From Owenia fusiformis (Eukaryota): 64,000 bases of DNA. The notes below the pieces were generated by a model. The model was not told where the DNA came from and searched no databases. It saw nothing but the letters and a program-made list of their open reading frames with translations. Within the stretch, counting starts at the first letter, position 1. The number at the start of each line of letters is the position of its first letter. The stretch lies in assembly GCA_903813345.2 (NCBI GenBank), contig CAIIXF020000001.1, positions 38,812,001 to 38,876,000 of the forward strand. Reading direction: 5' to 3'. Below are positions 30,286-56,229 of this stretch, in pieces. The position numbers and the translations under genes were made by a program.

Positions 30286-33200
30286 ATTTTTATAAAATCA
30301 AACTTTATTAATAAACATATTTTACATTACATGCATAAATAAGATAAAATAGAATTATAGAAATTTCAAGTTACATTACATCTTTCTGATCATTATTTCA
30401 TTATCAAAAATAGCTTTTACATTACTAGCTGTATTGACCCTTTTTTTAAAATCATGTATAGCTTTTTTAATTACCAATGTTTTAAGTAAATCTTCTTTTT
30501 TAACAATTGCATTTCCAATTCTTTGATCATTTGTAACATTCACATCATCCCAAATTGATTTAATACAGTCACAATTGATAAAGAAGTGGTCAATGTCATC
30601 TTTTACATGTGCGTTACAAAAGTTGCAGATGTCAGAGTTTTCAATGTTACATTTTTTCAAATAAATATTTTGAGGGTAAATACCATGTAAAATTTTCCAT
30701 TGAATTACCAAAAGGGTAGTATCGGTTGTACATTCAAAAAATTGAGACCAGACTTTATCGTTTAGAATCTCACCATTAAATTTTATGTCACACTTTCTCT
30801 CTAAAACAATTTTTGTTCTCACAATTCTTGTGTTTAAAAGATGGCTCTCAATGCCTTTAAAAAATAATTTTGTACAAGGTGTTTCCATTTCATATTTGAT
30901 AAGGAGATCTTGTGTTAAACATGCTTTAAGTGCATTATATTGAAGAATTGTTTGGCCATTTCTCCCTATTTTCTGGACAATGTTATCATATGCTAACATT
31001 TCCCTATCCTGGACAACATCTGAAATATATGTAATACCCTTTTCAATCCAGTTTTCAAAAAATAATGGAGAATTATTGAGAGTTACACTTTCATTGTTCC
31101 AAATAATGCTCTCATTTTTAAAATCATTGTGTTTTAACCATACATGTAATACATTTTTATAAAAATTACTCAAGTTATGCAAACCTTTAATTCTATCAAA
31201 ATCTATGTTTGAATTAAAAATACTGAGTCCATTACCCATTTTTCCATACATGTACATGGGTAAGCCTCTCCAGTGACCATTGCCTCTTTCTTGCAACTTT
31301 TTAACCCATTGTGTTGTATAAGCTATTTGTAAATCTTTAGCATTTATCATTTTTAACCCTCCATATTTATATTCTTGTACCATTACATCCCTTTTCACTT
31401 TGTCAGGAATCTTTTTCAATTCATCCTCTTTAAATCTGCCTTTTGCCCAAATAAATTTAAACATCATTGTATTAATTCTATTCAAAAGTTTGTCAGGTAG
31501 AATGAAGGCTTGCATGAGATAGGAAAATTGTGATAAAAGTAAAGATTTCACTATAACAACCTTTCCCATAATTGTTAAGTACCTTCCAGACCACGATTTC
31601 ATAATGTTTTCACATTTTACAAATTTTGACTCAAAATTCAAGTCATTATCAATAACATGAGTTGAGGTACTAAACGTTACACCTAACAGCTTTATACAGT
31701 TATGAGGCATTATTTTCCATTGCACATCTCCATGTTTTTCTCTCCTATTTTTCCATTTTCCTAACCACATTGCCTCTGTTTTCTTTGTGTTGATTTTAAG
31801 GCTTGATCAACCATAAAATGTGTTAAAAATTTCAAGTACATTATTAAAAGACTTAATGTCATGCACAAAAACAGTTGTGTCATCTGCATATTGTAAAACT
31901 TTGGTTTCATCATGATTTCCAGGGGCTTTGATACCTTTAACCTCACTGGATTGTCTTAGTTTACAAGATAAAAGCTCACATGCTATTAGGTAAATCATCG
32001 GAGATAAGGGGCAGCCCTGCCGAATGCCACGCCCTAATTTGATGTCACCTATAAGCCAGCCATTGTTAAAAATATGATTATGTCCATTTGTATTAATGAC
32101 CTCAATCCATTTTATAAATTGGGGACCAAATCCAAAATATTCTAAAGAGTATAACATGAACTCCTTTGAGATTGAATCAAAACATTTTTCGTAATCAATT
32201 GCAAGCATAATGCCCTGTAGGTTATTTGAATCTATATATACCATTAAATCATCAATACCTCTTAAAATAGTAGCTGCACTACGTTTCTTTATAAATCCTG
32301 ACTGGTCTTCATGTACTATTTCAGAAATGACCAATCTCAATCTGTTAGCTAACACTTTGGCCAGTATTTTGTAATCTACATTTGTTATGTTAAAGGGCGC
32401 CAGTTTTTAAGGTCATCCCTAGGTAAATCTTTTTTTGGAATTAAAACCATCAATCCAGTTTTTTGAGAACATGATAATTCACCTTTTAGAAAACCCTCAT
32501 TCAGTGAATCTACGACTAATTTGCCAATCTTATTAAAAAATACCTTATAGAAAGCAGCTGTAATACCATCCAGTCCAGGGCTGGCTTCATTTTTCATATT
32601 TTTCAATGCTGCTGTACATTTCTGGTGTGTTACAAGACCTTCACAAGTTAATCTATTTTCATCATTAAGTTTCGGAATATTTACATCATGTAAAAAATCA
32701 TCAAGATTTGCTTTCCTAAATACAATTTTCTTTTCATATAATGCATTATAAAACCTGTTTATTTCTTCTACAATCTTGTTCTGGTTACTTACATTTTGAC
32801 CATTAATTTTCAATGAATTTATGTTCTTTTTATTTCCCCTAGCTTTCTCTAATTGCAAGAAGTATTTGGTACTTTTCTCCCCTTGTTCATACCACTGTAC
32901 CTTGGACCTTATCTGAGCCCCTTTAGCTTCAACTGTTGACAAAATTTCAAATAACAATTTGCATTCATTAACTCTCTGATTCAAAATATTATCATTAGGA
33001 TTTTTACTTAAAACCTTACATGCTTGATCTAACTTCTGTTTCGCAGTTTTGATTTTACACTTATTTACATGGGCTAGATGTTTACTATAACCAATAGAGA
33101 AATCTTTAATCTGTGTTTTACAATAATCCCAGAGTATTTGTTTATCTAGATTGTTAACATTAATTAATATACTGTCAACAATTTGGTTTATTTCATTTAC

Positions 33201-34545
33201 ATAAGTTTGGTCAGTGAGTAAGCTATTGTTTAACTTCCAGTAGGAAGGACCCTTCTCATTTTTATCCCATGTTACAGTAGTAGTAACACCTCTATGGTCA
33301 GATGTGGGCATATCTGTAATATTGGAGCACATAATTTTATCAAATACACAATCATTAGAAAAAATATAATCAATACGCCTCATAATGCTTTTACTTTTAT
33401 GCTTCCAAGTGTAGCTTTTTTCATTAATGTTATACAATCGCCATACATCATTCAAATCATTATTCTCAACAAATTGTTTAAAAGCGTAAATATCATTTTT
33501 GTTGTGACTTTCTCCAGCTAAGTTATCATTTTTCTCATTCAACACACAGTTAAAATCACCACAAATTATTAAATTCATATCATCTTTATTAACATTTTTA
33601 ACGACATTCTGAAGTTCTTGAAAGAATATAACCTTATCCTTTGCAAATATTTTGCCTCCCCATTCTTTTGCCCATGTATCTATATCATTTTGTGTTATAT
33701 ATGATTCCTGCAAGCAGGCAATGTCCATTTTAGCATTTTTAAGATATCTAAAAAATGCATGTCGCGTCATCCTATTCCGAAGTCCTTGAACATTTCCTTG
33801 GTATATGTTAAGCATAGAGTGTTTATATTATCTATTGGTATATCATGCTTTGTCCTTGTCATCTGGCGCTGCATTTATGATCTCACTCTGTATAATTGCT
33901 GAGTTGTTCACTGGTGAAATAGAACCTAGTTTGTGTTTCTTATCTTCATTTGGGTCAATAGGGGGGCTTGCTGCTGACCTCTTCAGGTTAAAGTTAGGCA
34001 GAGAACCTGACTTCTTAAGAGGATTCATAACTTGTCTTTTTCTTGCTTTTACTGCAGCGGTACCTGGTTTTGTGAATTGTGGTTTCACGTTGTTAGGTGC
34101 TGCTGCTGATACTGCCTGAGTCCCGGATGTAGAGGGTTCTGGTTTACTCATATTATTAGCCGCATCCTTTGGGGCTGGATCAGTGGGTTGTTGTGGGCCT
34201 AACTCAGTCGCAACCTGTGCAGATTCAGGGCAGTCAATTTGGCGATGCCCTACGATGCCACATTTCCAACAGGTGGTGTCGCGCTTCTTACTCCTTGGAC
34301 ACTCAGATTTCCTGTGGCCCTGGATGCCACATCCGAAGCAGGTTATAACAGATCGAGAGGGACACTGCTGTGTATCATGGTCCTTACGACATATACGACA
34401 GTTGATCGGTTGATTATCATGGTATATCACAATGTTTACATCAATCAGCGACCCATCTAATGGGTCAGCCATAGAGTAGGTTGTGTATCGATTCTGTGGT
34501 GAAGTAATGTTCTTGGCGTAACAAAATCTATGTCCTGTTAACAAG
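30286..34545 (-). mobile_element. Tx1/L1-clade non-LTR retrotransposon, 5'-truncated and inactivated
   Basis: ORF1 remnant (33843-34556) has three Cys/His zinc knuckles. ORF2 (33815-30376) has an APE endonuclease (NVQGL, LQES, GDFN, RIDY, SDH), an RT (GIRQGCPLSP, QYADD) and a C-terminal CxxC...H...C. AATAAA lies at 30304-30309. Confidence 0.92.
30376..33815 (-). pseudogene. Tx1/L1 ORF2 (endonuclease-reverse transcriptase), disrupted
   Basis: 1-nt frameshift at about 32386 (NWRPLT / TNVDYKILAK), in-frame TGA at 31807-31809, and an apparent in-frame deletion within the endonuclease near 33645. Confidence 0.88.
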
Positions 34546-35213
34546 AGTAAAGACATATAAGTATATGTAAGTATATGTCTCTACCGAAGCATTCAAGGCA
34601 GAATCAGATCTTTAAATAGGCAGTGTCAAAATTGAAAGCTTGGAGATGAAGCTATCATTTAAACAAGTTCAGTCAAACAAAAAATGGCATCTTTTATGAA
34701 AATCAAACTATCAAAAAGGCCAAGGACAATATCATATTGACCGAGGGCGACAGGCCTTACACACTTTGAAAAACACATTTTCTTGATATAATTTTACACA
34801 TATATTTCAAATGTGATATCACTTTGACTGAATTTTTAATGATGTAAATCAAGATTATTTCTACTCGCATGTAGTTTATTCATTGAGTCATGTGCTTTAA
34901 TAATGAAATTCATATTCCATTACGACCATCCATCAGTAACCTTTATATATAATATTGTTAATGAAGAATTTAATCAAAGTTTTTATGAGATTTGAGTAAT
35001 ATAATCCAAAATCGGTAGTAAACACTTGATAAGGCACATGCTCAAATGATTGTACAATTATAAAAGTTAGATTAAACTGAGTGTCATAAAAATTTGGTGG
35101 ATAATTCTTGATATAATCCACATCTTTACATGTATATCACTCCGAAATAGGTTCAAACTGGAATCTTTGAACCAGAGATTCCATAGCAGGATAAACCAAC
35201 AAATAAAGGAAAT

Positions 35214-36764
35214 ATGGCAGGTTCTTTACGTCAAAAGTCTCCAAAAGATAGAATACTATCTTATGATCGCTATTCCACAAGATCTCAAAGTTTACCTGGG
35301 GGAGATATGAATGAACTCCATATATTCACCAAAGCTAAGCACAAACAAGTGTTCCATTTTGGCACGAGTGAAAAGTTACCATGGGAACAAAGAAAAGACC
35401 GAATGAACCAGGCAATAGCATGGATAAAATCTGAGGTGGTAAGTCTATTGTTTAAGTATCCCTGATTAGTATATCATTCAAGTCATGACATTTCTAATCG
35501 TTAGCTCCATATATTTTCAGACATTTATGAAATTCCAAGACAAAATGCTGACTCATCAATTTTCAAGATGCCAGAAGGTGATTGGTGAATTGCAACTCAG
35601 GATGCAAAAATTCCGTATATGTCCAGCTGTAAGCAGTGATAGCACTATGCAGGATGGACTCTTGAAAGAATGGGAAACAGAAGGTAACCATAGAAATACA
35701 TTTTGTTGTTTCCCAAGTTTACTACTTTATCCATTAAGGCATAAATGATTTCAGGGGTTCATTAGTAACATGAATGCAAAAGGTGATTTTCTCCAGTTGT
35801 TTTTACCAACCAATATAGGAAATATGGCAGGTTCTTTTCATCAAAAGGCTCCAAAACTAGGATACCATCTTATGACCATAATTCAACAAGATCACAAAGT
35901 TGACATTGAGTTTTTTAGGAATTCTGCAACTGTTTGCATGTTTACCTATTAATGAACTCTTATTTCTAATAATTTTGCTAGGTATTTTCATTTGTTTTAC
36001 TATGGTGCATGAAACTCGAATAAAATAAAATTTTAATTTTTTGCATTGCAGAGTTCAATGAACATTCCAGTGAGAGTAGCGGGGATAGTGACTCCGAACA
36101 CTTCAAATTTACTGTTGCAGAAACAAAAAACAAACGGTCAAAAAGTTGCGATGATATCCTGAACCATTCAAAAGACATACACGAGCAGATCAAGGCCATC
36201 AGAGAGAGTTTTCTCTCAACTAATGAGAATCTCGTTGAAAATGAGAATGAAGATGAGATTTTTGAGATTCAAGATGCTCATTGGTCAAACACTGCGGGAG
36301 AAACAACTAGAATTATCCCAACAAACATACCTGTCATTGTAGACACTGACACTTCAAACAATTCTCTAAATGCTGAAAATATAAACAGTGCCATATATGA
36401 CACCAACCCAATCAGTTTTGAGAAAACTGTTAACAAATCTAGCATGAGTGAGAACACAACCCCTAAACTAAATTCTTACATACTCAGTGATGATTATTTC
36501 AAAACAGGTGATGCATTATCTGGTTCAGCAGATGAAAATGACATCGATGGGCATCTTTCCTGTAATCTTGATGATATCATCATTGAGATTGATGATGATG
36601 ATGTCACCAGCAGCTCAGACTCCTCTATAGGGAGTTTCCTTAGCAACAGTTTACAATATGTCACAGTAGATGAGGGTGGGTCCATCTCCTTTGATATGTC
36701 CCTGGATGGTGGTTTGAGTTACACAGAAAATGATGAATGGAGTATCAACGGACAAGACAATTAA
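35214..36764 (+). CDS. FAM167-like coiled-coil protein with acidic/Ser-rich C-terminus, 3 coding exons, about 366 aa
   Basis: Exons 35214-35438, 35521-35683, 36052-36764. Introns are GT-AG and the sum is 1101 nt, open. RMNQAIAWIKSEV-TFMKFQDKMLTHQF resembles the FAM167 motif (ALxWLRxELxEMRxQDxxLARQL). The family call is by eye. Confidence 0.65.
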
Positions 36765-36893
36765 TTAAATACAAATAAAATTACTTTTGCTATAAAATAC
36801 AGTCGTACTGAATCAACAAATACTCCTAGTGATGATAATAATGAAGCATGATCTTGATACTACTGACTTTAAGTCTAAGTCCCATTTATCTTG

Positions 36894-37101
36894 CAGGCCC
36901 GTATCCAGGGGGGGGATTCGCTGGGTTCAGGTGAACCCCCTCCCTGGCCAAAAATTCTTTCAAAATCATGCAGTTTTTCACCATTTTAAGCACTTCTCAA
37001 GGGATTTTAGCCATTTTTGGGCCAAAATTGTCAAATGTAAACCCCCCCTGGAAATCTTTGAAAACTGAACCCCCCCTTGGGAAATCCTGGCTACGGGCCT
37101 G
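36894..37101. mobile_element. MITE with CAGG termini and 5-bp TSD (hAT-like)
   Basis: TCTTG|CAGGCCCGTATCCAGG...CCTGGCTACGGGCCTG|TCTTG. Confidence 0.8.
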
Positions 37102-37905
37102 TCTTGTATGGTACATATCTATGTCTATGTAAAATACCAGGAGGATTATAAATATAGATGTCCTTACATTTCCTACATGTAATGTGTTTAGATTGAAAAC
37201 TTCAATAGAGTGTTTGTGGTTTTGCTATTTTTTTTATTTCACAAGATGATTATTTTCCATAACATATCTGTTCACAATAGTTGAAAGAATAAAAACGTTA
37301 TGTTTGAACTGATCAGACTTTCAGAGAACCTTTATGAAAAATAATCTTTAAAGAAACACAATATTAAAATGCTGATACCAGCCATTATGAGGCATGTGCT
37401 ATTGCTTCAAATGAAACACAACAACTACATATGTACAAAATTTACAAGATAAATAAATGCCTCTATTCTAACAACTGCATAAACTTTAATTTCATCTTCA
37501 TCTCTCTTTAGACTTTGAAGAACAATCGGATCATGCTATAGCCAAAAATAAAATGTGACATCGATCATGTACTTTCTGGCATATAGAATAGAATAAATTC
37601 AGTAAAGTTAACCCAGTAAATTATGCAAAAATTTACAATTTCTTAAAATTGGTTAATCATCAGGTATTTCATTCTAAAATTCTTTATGAACCATGTGTGA
37701 AAAACTCCATATTTCCCATAACCCCATACCTTATTTCAAGAAATATTTAAGCTCACATGTTTAGCTTTGATATGTGTTGAAAAGGGATGATGGAATAACA
37801 TTTTATTCTTGGCTATATTTACATTATTCCAACTAAGCCTGACATGTATTCTAAGATCCATTTATGATACAGTCCTCTAATATAATTAGCTAAAATGTTT
37901 ATTCA

Positions 37906-49662
<11,757 letters not shown>

Positions 49663-49979
49663 CCGAAAGTTATTTTAAAATTTACGTAAATTTTCAAGAT
49701 GGCCACTTTCATCAGGAGTGAATTTATGAAAATTGTAGAAATTGATTTGTACCAATACAGCCTCTTGTTGTACAGGAAGCACGAGTCGATAAATTTTATT
49801 TTCCTAATTTCAATTTAATATTATATTTATTAACACTTTTGATAATTATTAGATTTAAAATTAATATTCACTGCCGTGGAAGATCGAAATTCGAAAATTG
49901 ACAGGTGCTCGATCTCATGCATTGTTTGTGATTGTTTAGGCTCCTTGCTGCGAATGATAAAAGAATTGGGACAGTGAGG
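49663..49979. promoter_or_regulatory. Probable bidirectional promoter (NDUFV1 / divergent gene) with a putative first non-coding exon on +
   Basis: YY1-like CAAGATGGCC at about 49695, ETS-like CAGGAAG at about 49773, and a plus-strand donor GAGG|GTAAGA at 49979/49980. Confidence 0.45.
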
Positions 49980-50253
49980 GTAAGAAGAATTCTTTTCTAA
50001 AACAACATCATTTATTTTCAATCAGTTACTCTGTCTGTCAAAGTAGTCTAATCATAAATGTGGGGTTGATCTTTCAATTCAAATCATTCGTTTGTAGATT
50101 TCTAAATGATTTTTGGGGTTAGCCTAAAGTCTTACTACATTCTTGTCTATATCTATGGTATCATAGATTGTGGGAAGTCCTATCTTCATGACTAGATCTA
50201 CTGCGTATTTGTCCCTCGATCTAATTGGTCCGATCGTGAATAAGGCCCTTCCG

Positions 50254-50571
50254 GGGCGGTGAATTCGTACAATCCGCAATCCGATCCGGATAAATTTCGT
50301 CATGGTAATGATGCATTGTGGGATTAATCCAAGAATTAATCCAAAAATTGGTGAATTCGTACGATCCTGAGATTAATCTCAGGATAAATTATACTTTTTG
50401 GATAAATTTTATCCGAATTCCAATGCAAATTGGATAAATCTTGGGGATTCCCCCTCATAATCCTCGGATCGTACGAATTCACCAAATATTTATCGGATAA
50501 GTAATCCAAGATTTATCCCAAAAGATAAAATTAATCCGGGTTGGATTGGGGATCGTACGAATTCACGGCCC
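50254..50571. mobile_element. PIF/Harbinger-like MITE
   Basis: GGGCGGTGAATTCGTAC...GTACGAATTCACGGCCC, with the 3-bp flank CCG on both sides. Confidence 0.65.
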
Positions 50572-51600
50572 CCGATCTAGAAAACAAATTTTATGATGGT
50601 CTTACATTACAGTTTAATCTACTGTTGTCGCGATCCCCGGGGTTGCGATTAATCGATACATCGCAATATACATAGCCAAAAGTGATTCTGGTGATGTCAT
50701 CAATGTTTTTTTATTTTCCGACACTGTTCCCAGAAGTATGAAGTACTATATCTTATTTGTTGCGTTCAGTATTTTAGTGCATTTGGATTTGGTATTTTAG
50801 TGCACTTTTTCTTCACCCTTCCGCCTTTCCCCGATATATCGTGATGTGCAGTGGCGTCATCAGTGTCAAGATTTGAAAGGAAGGGGTTCAAATATATTCG
50901 GCAAAATCTTTTGAAGCCACTTCAAGATGAAGTTGGTGACAATATTTCAAAATTTGCTTAATCTCTGCCAAATTTGCTTAAATTTTGCTGAATTTGCTTA
51001 ATTTTTGTCTATTTTATTTATTATTTTATAGACCCCCCCCCCAATTTAATTCAAGCATGGGATGAGTTATTCAATTGTTTTGTATTTTCCATTACTTTTC
51101 ACGATGAGCTCTTCAAATATATAGGAGGCAAAAATTACCAAAAATGTGAGTCCCAATAAAAACAATTGTTTCAAAAACAATTTTGAAAATATTTGATTTT
51201 TGACCTTAAATAGTGCATTCTGTGCGAAAGCAGACTCTAATGGGGCACTATTTATTGTATACATTGTGCGTGATACATGTAAATGAATAAATAATGTAGA
51301 TTTTTAGCTCACATGGTGAGCTATTACAATCACTTCCTTGTCCGTCTATCTGTCTGTCAATAATATTGGCATGTTTTAAAGCCTCTGTTGGTATGTTAAC
51401 CATTTTTGTCGCACAAAATTCACTTTTGGACCATTGGGAGCTTTATAAATAATTTCAGGTGTCCTGCATTGTAAAAAGCCATGTCAATGTAAAGAGCAGT
51501 TACATGAAATAATTTTGTTACAAAAAATTGCCAAAAAATTAAATCTATTTTTTTTTTATCAGCAATTTTAGTTAACATTGATTTGTTGATCTGTCTTTTA

Positions 51601-53724
51601 GGTTTCTAGACAACTCATCCCAAGACAACTCATCCCAAGACAAGTCATCCCTAAGACAACTCATCCCAAGACAAGTCATCCCCAAGACAACTCATCCCAA
51701 GACATCTCATCCCAAGACAACTCATCCCAAGACATCTCATCCCAAGACATCTCATCCCAAGACAACTCATCCCACTTGTATAATTGATAAATTATTTTGT
51801 CCTCTATATTATAGTACCCCACACACAATTTTGTCGCCTACTTTGATGTATTGTAGAAAAATACCCAAAAAGAGTTTGCCTATAAAATTTGGCATACTTA
51901 AACTTGAAACATTTTGTGACACTCAAATTTTTTTATTTGGAAATTTAAGTAATATTGACGAAAAACAAGCAATTTTAAAATATTCATGTTTTAACAAAAT
52001 TCGACGAAAATTTTCAGTTTTGCAGTTTTAAAGAGACTCTAAATCATTTTGATTACGTTTTGATTACAAACGTATTGCATTACATATGGTTTGTCTGTTC
52101 TCTTAAGATATTGTTACTATGTGTTGGAGATGTTTAACTCCTAAACTTGAATATTGTAAGTGTGATTTTATTATTGTTTAAGAGTGAAGACCGTTTTAAT
52201 ACTTTCAATACATGGACAGGTGCATGTATCATATGATTTGTTGGCTTTAAGTCTAAATTGGTTAACGGGGCACCGAAACACATCCCTGCTTGGATTTCTA
52301 TCCCATCCTACCACTACAGCATTTCCTACTGTCTCACTCAATTAAAAAATCCTTTCCAGTAGCTCGCATCTCATAAAATCTCAAGAAAATTATTAACAGG
52401 CATTATTAACAGTGAGCTTGCACTCAATTTTTCGTTGGCCAACGATCGGTAGGCCATATTCGCCCAATACCTCACAGGTGGCCACCGACGGCTTACCTTT
52501 TGTTGGAAATGATTCACATGGATTCAACATGTGAACTTTCAGGGGTAACATCACAATATTGTAACATTATAACAGTCACTCCTGCTTGGTTCAGTTTTTC
52601 TTTTACCAGTGGATTATAGTGGTGTTTAATAGGATAGGATTGACTAGAATATTCAAATTTTTTTGTAATCAATTTGTTACAAATTGTTTCAAAATTTAGC
52701 TTAATTTAGGTCAAATCTGTAAATGCGTAGTAATTTAGAAACCGAAGTCAAATGGTGGTGAAGTCATATTACCCCTAACAAAAAAAATTGAGTGTCACAA
52801 ATTGTTTCAATTTAATGTATGCCAAATTTCATGAGAAAACGCTTATTGGATATTTTTCTACAACACATCAAAGTAGGCGACAAAATTGTGTGTGGGGTAC
52901 TATATATCCCTTTTTCATTTTTATGATTACAAAGTGATTTTTGATTACACACTCAATTTTTAATACTGATTTTTAGCGTTTTGAATGGTACTTGAAAGTT
53001 ATGTTTTACTTGTTAGTACTGCCGCTAATTGATTAATTCTGAGTTTTTCTAAATATATTTGAGAATATAGAATTGAACATAAAAGTCATAGACATTATTT
53101 CCAAATTTAATCATCATAAATCTTAAAGTTTGAAATTGGCTAAGGCCAAAATATTTTTAAACAAAGACTGAATTAATCTGAGAGAATTATTCTGATAGCA
53201 CCTTGGATAAAACATTCTAACTGAGTTAATCCTACACCTTTGATGATCTTTGATTTAATTATCAAAGTATATATTAATTTGAACATGTTTAACTTTATCC
53301 CAATCAGTGGACAAAAATTAACTAAAACTAGGCTAAACCAACTACAAAATACAAAAATATTAAGTAAATACAGCATGACAAAATATAAAATGTGTCAATT
53401 TAAAATACAGCATGAAAATGTATATTATAAAAAAAGATATTCCATGAGTAGTGTGCTAACTGCTAAAATCTCTAAATATTTTTCATTCTTTCAAAAGTGA
53501 AAATTAATTGTATAAATTATGTTTTATTTCAAGTTGGGTAGAGTTGTCTAGGGGATGAGTTGTCTTGGGATGAGATGTCTTGGGATGAGATGTCTTGGGA
53601 TGAGTTGTCTTGGGATGAGATGTCTTGGGATGAGATGTCTTGGGATGAGTTGTCTTGGGATGAGATGTCTTGGGGATGAGTTGTCTTGGGATGAGTTGTC
53701 TTAGGGATGAGTTGCCCTGTTACC
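51601..53724. mobile_element. Foldback-type element (MULE/FB-like) with subterminal 15-bp tandem repeats
   Basis: TSD GTCTTTTA (51593-51600, 53725-53732), GG...CC ends, (AAGACAACTCATCCC)n at the left end and its reverse complement at the right end. Confidence 0.8.
51812..52902. mobile_element. TA-flanked MITE nested in the foldback element
   Basis: TAGTACCCCACACACAATTTTGTCGCCTACTTTGATGT is inverted at 52865-52902. Confidence 0.75.
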
Positions 53725-54577
53725 GTCTTTTAGTACGTTCACAAATGTGACACAAGATCTGTCGATAGAATACCGTTTTATTTATTGTCTGCCATTTTAG
53801 TCCTCACTCACTTTTATCTTTTTGAGCAACTCCATGTGAGCCATTTTGGATTTTCCATCTTAAAATCTTGTCTGTCTAGACTTGTCCAGCCAAACCATTT
53901 TGGGGATTTTTCTGAAATTTCAGGGATGTATTGTTACTACATATGAAAGTTTAGAACATAACAGTTTTTGAGCACTCTTAAATGTTAAGGCCATTAATAC
54001 AGGTTTCAAGCCAAACCGTTTCATTCATCTGAAATTTTTAGGAATGTTTCTACATATGAAAGTTTAGAACTGATTAGTTTTTGAGCAGTCTTGGTAAATG
54101 TTAGGGTGGCCATTTTGGTTTTTCTGTCTCGAAAACTGTCTATTCTATTCAAGGGTGCGATTCTGTTCACTCTGTGTCTTGTTAGATCTTATCAGCCACA
54201 GAAACTAATATTCTAGGCCCAATAGTGGTACCATTTTCCTTATCAGAATGAAGACATTAATACCGGAATGTGTGAAGGCTTCATTCAGGGTAAATGGTAG
54301 CATTTACAATTGTGAATACTGTCTTCAGAAAGAGGCGAGTAAATAATATTGAAAATCAATATGTTCTATGTTCATTCTAAGAGGAGTCACTTTACAGCTT
54401 TCATTCCACATACCAGTATACTGTATGCAGTAAACTACCTGCATATGAAGAGCCTTGTAAGTTTTATTCTAGATACCTGCATTCCTTTTTTTTATCACAA
54501 GAAATGCTGAGTTATCATAATCACCACATTTTTGTCGCCAGTGCTCAGCATCTGTGATGGTTAGTGTAGGCATTCAG

Positions 54578-54700
54578 CTTCTGTAACAAATTGTTACACT
54601 TCTGTTACAAATTGTTACACTTCTGTTACAAATTGTTACACTTCTGTAACAAATTGTTACACTTCTGTTTCAAATTGTTACACTTCTGTTACAAATTGTT
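54578..54700. repeat. 21-bp tandem repeat, about 6 copies
   Basis: (CTTCTGTTACAAATTGTTACA)n. Confidence 0.9.
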
Positions 54701-55283
54701 GAATTTTGTGACCATTTGTGACTATCACAAAAATCGCAAATTTTGAAAATATTGATGGAGGTGAACTGATTCAGACCCAAGATGTGATGCCCATGCCCAC
54801 CAGCAGTAGGGACAGGGATGCTATATTGTAAAATTGTCTAACCTTCAACTGAACTGCGCTTACTGTGAATTAAAGATCATTGATTACCCTACCTAATACC
54901 CTATACCTTACTCAAATCAGTTTATTCAATAGCTGGAGGTATCACTATTGATAGATGTTGATGGTTATTAGAATATACTGTAACAGTATAAGGTACTGCA
55001 TTATTTGTTACCTTTGCATTCATTCGACTTCACTTCTTAAAAGAGAGCTCCGTCTTCACTCTTTCAGTTTACAATACATCTCTGATCACACCGAACCAAT
55101 CAGAGTTCGTCGTCGAAATATGGACGACTTTCTATATGGTCATTTCCTCTGACATCGCCGTATAGTTAATGAGCACGTATTTAGCGTGTGCTCCTTCCAC
55201 TTCGCTGACTGGTTTAGGAAGGGTCAGCTTGGTAGTTTTGAAATGATTTATTACCCGGCCTGTCATAGGTCTTTTGGGCGGGC

Positions 55284-55919
55284 TAGTGCTTGCAACGGTA
55301 ATGGATCTCACTGCCGGTAAATTTCACCTCCATTACCTTACCGTTACCGATAATCGTTGATACTGATAATGTTCCTAAAATCCCGGGGAAAAACCTGAAA
55401 GTGAAACTAAAATATTTGGAAAAATCCTTAACGAAGCCGATTTCTCAGCTTGATTTCCCGTTCACATCAACTACAGTGGATATATTGTATCATAGTGTAT
55501 CTCGTGTGTGATTGTGTATTGTTTGGAAGTCTTTGAATGATAATATAGAGTGAATTCGATCAAAATTGATCAAACTATTTGTGTTTGTTTTTACATCACC
55601 GAAATATCACGTCACGTGATTTGTTAATCTCGCGGCACGGGATATGATTGACAGAAGTGGGTGGGGTTTTGCTTATCCTCCCGCCTTTTACGAATGCTTT
55701 GCAGTTGATTGACAGATTAGCTCTTCAAATGTGGAGATTGAAATATACATGATTGATAAAATATTCTTAAACGAACATTGTTTCGTAAATTTGACAATGG
55801 ATCGCAATGCCAATCATCATGTTGCAGCAGCATGACGATTATCGGCAATGGATTTTATTACCGGCAATTGAGAGTATCTACTGCCGCTGCCGACAACCCG
55901 GCATTACCGTAAGGCACTA
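55284..55919. mobile_element. hAT-type MITE
   Basis: 8-bp TSD GGGCGGGC, ends TAGTGC...ACGGTAATG / CATTACCGT...GCACTA. Confidence 0.8.
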
Positions 55920-56229
55920 GGGCGGGCTGCTAAACTGTAATATACTAGGCAGAGTGTAGTTTATAACTAGATTACGTACAGGCTTATTATTTGTTTGATT
56001 AAGAAGGAATTATGCATTCTGATACCTACTACAGTGCCTTCCCAGGGTTGACTCATCTTTACATGCTGAGTTCACTGTGTTACGAAGGGAGCTGAATGAA
56101 TGAGGATGGGATCGTCTATATATTTTTGAGGAAATAAGCTAAACAAACACTTTATATTTGCTTATAGAACTCATAAGAATTTGTTAAGGGAGATGGGTGA
56201 TAATTTGGCGCACTTATTCAAATTAATTA

